This document shows, one piece after another, positions 63,329 to 64,000 of a DNA stretch of 64,000 bases. The notes below the pieces were generated by a model. The model ran no database searches, had not been told where the DNA came from, and saw only the letters and a list, made by a program, of their open reading frames with translations. The DNA is from Leucoraja ocellata (lineage: Eukaryota). The position numbers and the translations under genes were made by a program. The stretch is taken from contig JAWMAR010000059.1 in NCBI GenBank assembly GCA_036785375.1, positions 1,736,001 to 1,800,000 on the forward strand, read 5' to 3'. Each line of letters opens with the position of its first letter. Position 1 is the first letter of the stretch.

Positions 63329-64000
63329 CTGTCCACGGGGAGAGAGGAACAGAGGGTGAAGCGTGGCCCGTACGGGGGGAAAGCTCAGGGGTTAGTGTCA
63401 GAAGGGCAGTAGCTGCAGAAGCCTTAGGCCGGCATGGTAGCGCAGCGGCAGTGTTGCTGCTTTACAACACTTGCAGCGCCAGAGACCTGGGTTCAATCCT
63501 GACTACGGGTGCTGTCTGTACTGAGTTTGCACGTTCTCCCCGTGACCTGCATGGGTTTTCTCCGGGATCTCCAGTTTCTTCCCACACTCCAAAGACGTCC
63601 AGGTTTGTAGGTTAATTGTAAATTGTCCCTAGTGTGTGTAGGATGATGCTAGTGTAGGGGGTGATCACTGGTTGGCATGGAATCGGTGGGCCGAAGGGCC
63701 TGTTTCGGTGCCGTATCTCTAAACTAAGCCCGTGACGTTATTGTGGAGGCCCAGTGTTCCTGGCCTCCACGCTTCCCTCTGCTGCCACTGGCGAGAGGGA
63801 AATATTCCTGCTTTTCCGTTCACGGGAGACGTGGGTTTGGATTTTAACGGAAGCTCGGCCACTTCCCCACCTTGTTCCCGCCCGTGTGCGGCTCCAGGCC
63901 TGCGCGGCCCGCTGCTGCAGCATGCACTGCTCCCGGCACCAGCGCCAACAACCATGCCGCATTTCCCAGCATGCATTGCAGCGCCCGCCATTACAGCCAA

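Noticed and set aside
63719-64000. Upstream LDB3 exon (PDZ or the small VVxNSPAN-type exon)
   Set aside because: The translation does not resemble LDB3 and no convincing donor is present; those exons probably lie outside the window.

Overview
This is vertebrate genomic DNA. The HE1/V-SINE, CR1-like LINE and Penelope repeat set points to a cartilaginous fish, probably a skate or ray (inference). The whole window lies within the 3' part of LDB3 (Cypher/ZASP; PDZ-LIM family) on the minus strand. I traced the exons by hand using GT-AG sites and phase matching: ZM-motif exon 63125-63328, then 52480-52661, then 49858-49894. From there the gene either ends at the LIM-less short-isoform exon 49094-49190, or continues through 28564-28719, 18353-18418 (less certain), 14390-14493, 13567-13933, 11681-11861, 8536-8656, 5514-5629 and 470-559, which encode three LIM domains and the stop. 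The PDZ exons lie beyond position 64000. Introns are dense with retro- and DNA-transposon remnants, microsatellites and minisatellites, and there are two N gaps. Most notable are: (i) a Penelope-derived repeat family with a minimal hammerhead-ribozyme-like core that repeatedly forms palindromes whose arms co-vary within each copy; (ii) Asn at the position matching the human LDB3 D117N variant; (iii) regulated and possibly new (micro)exons in the LDB3 linker. I found no prokaryote-type system such as CRISPR or an operon. Comparisons with human LDB3 are from memory and need alignment.
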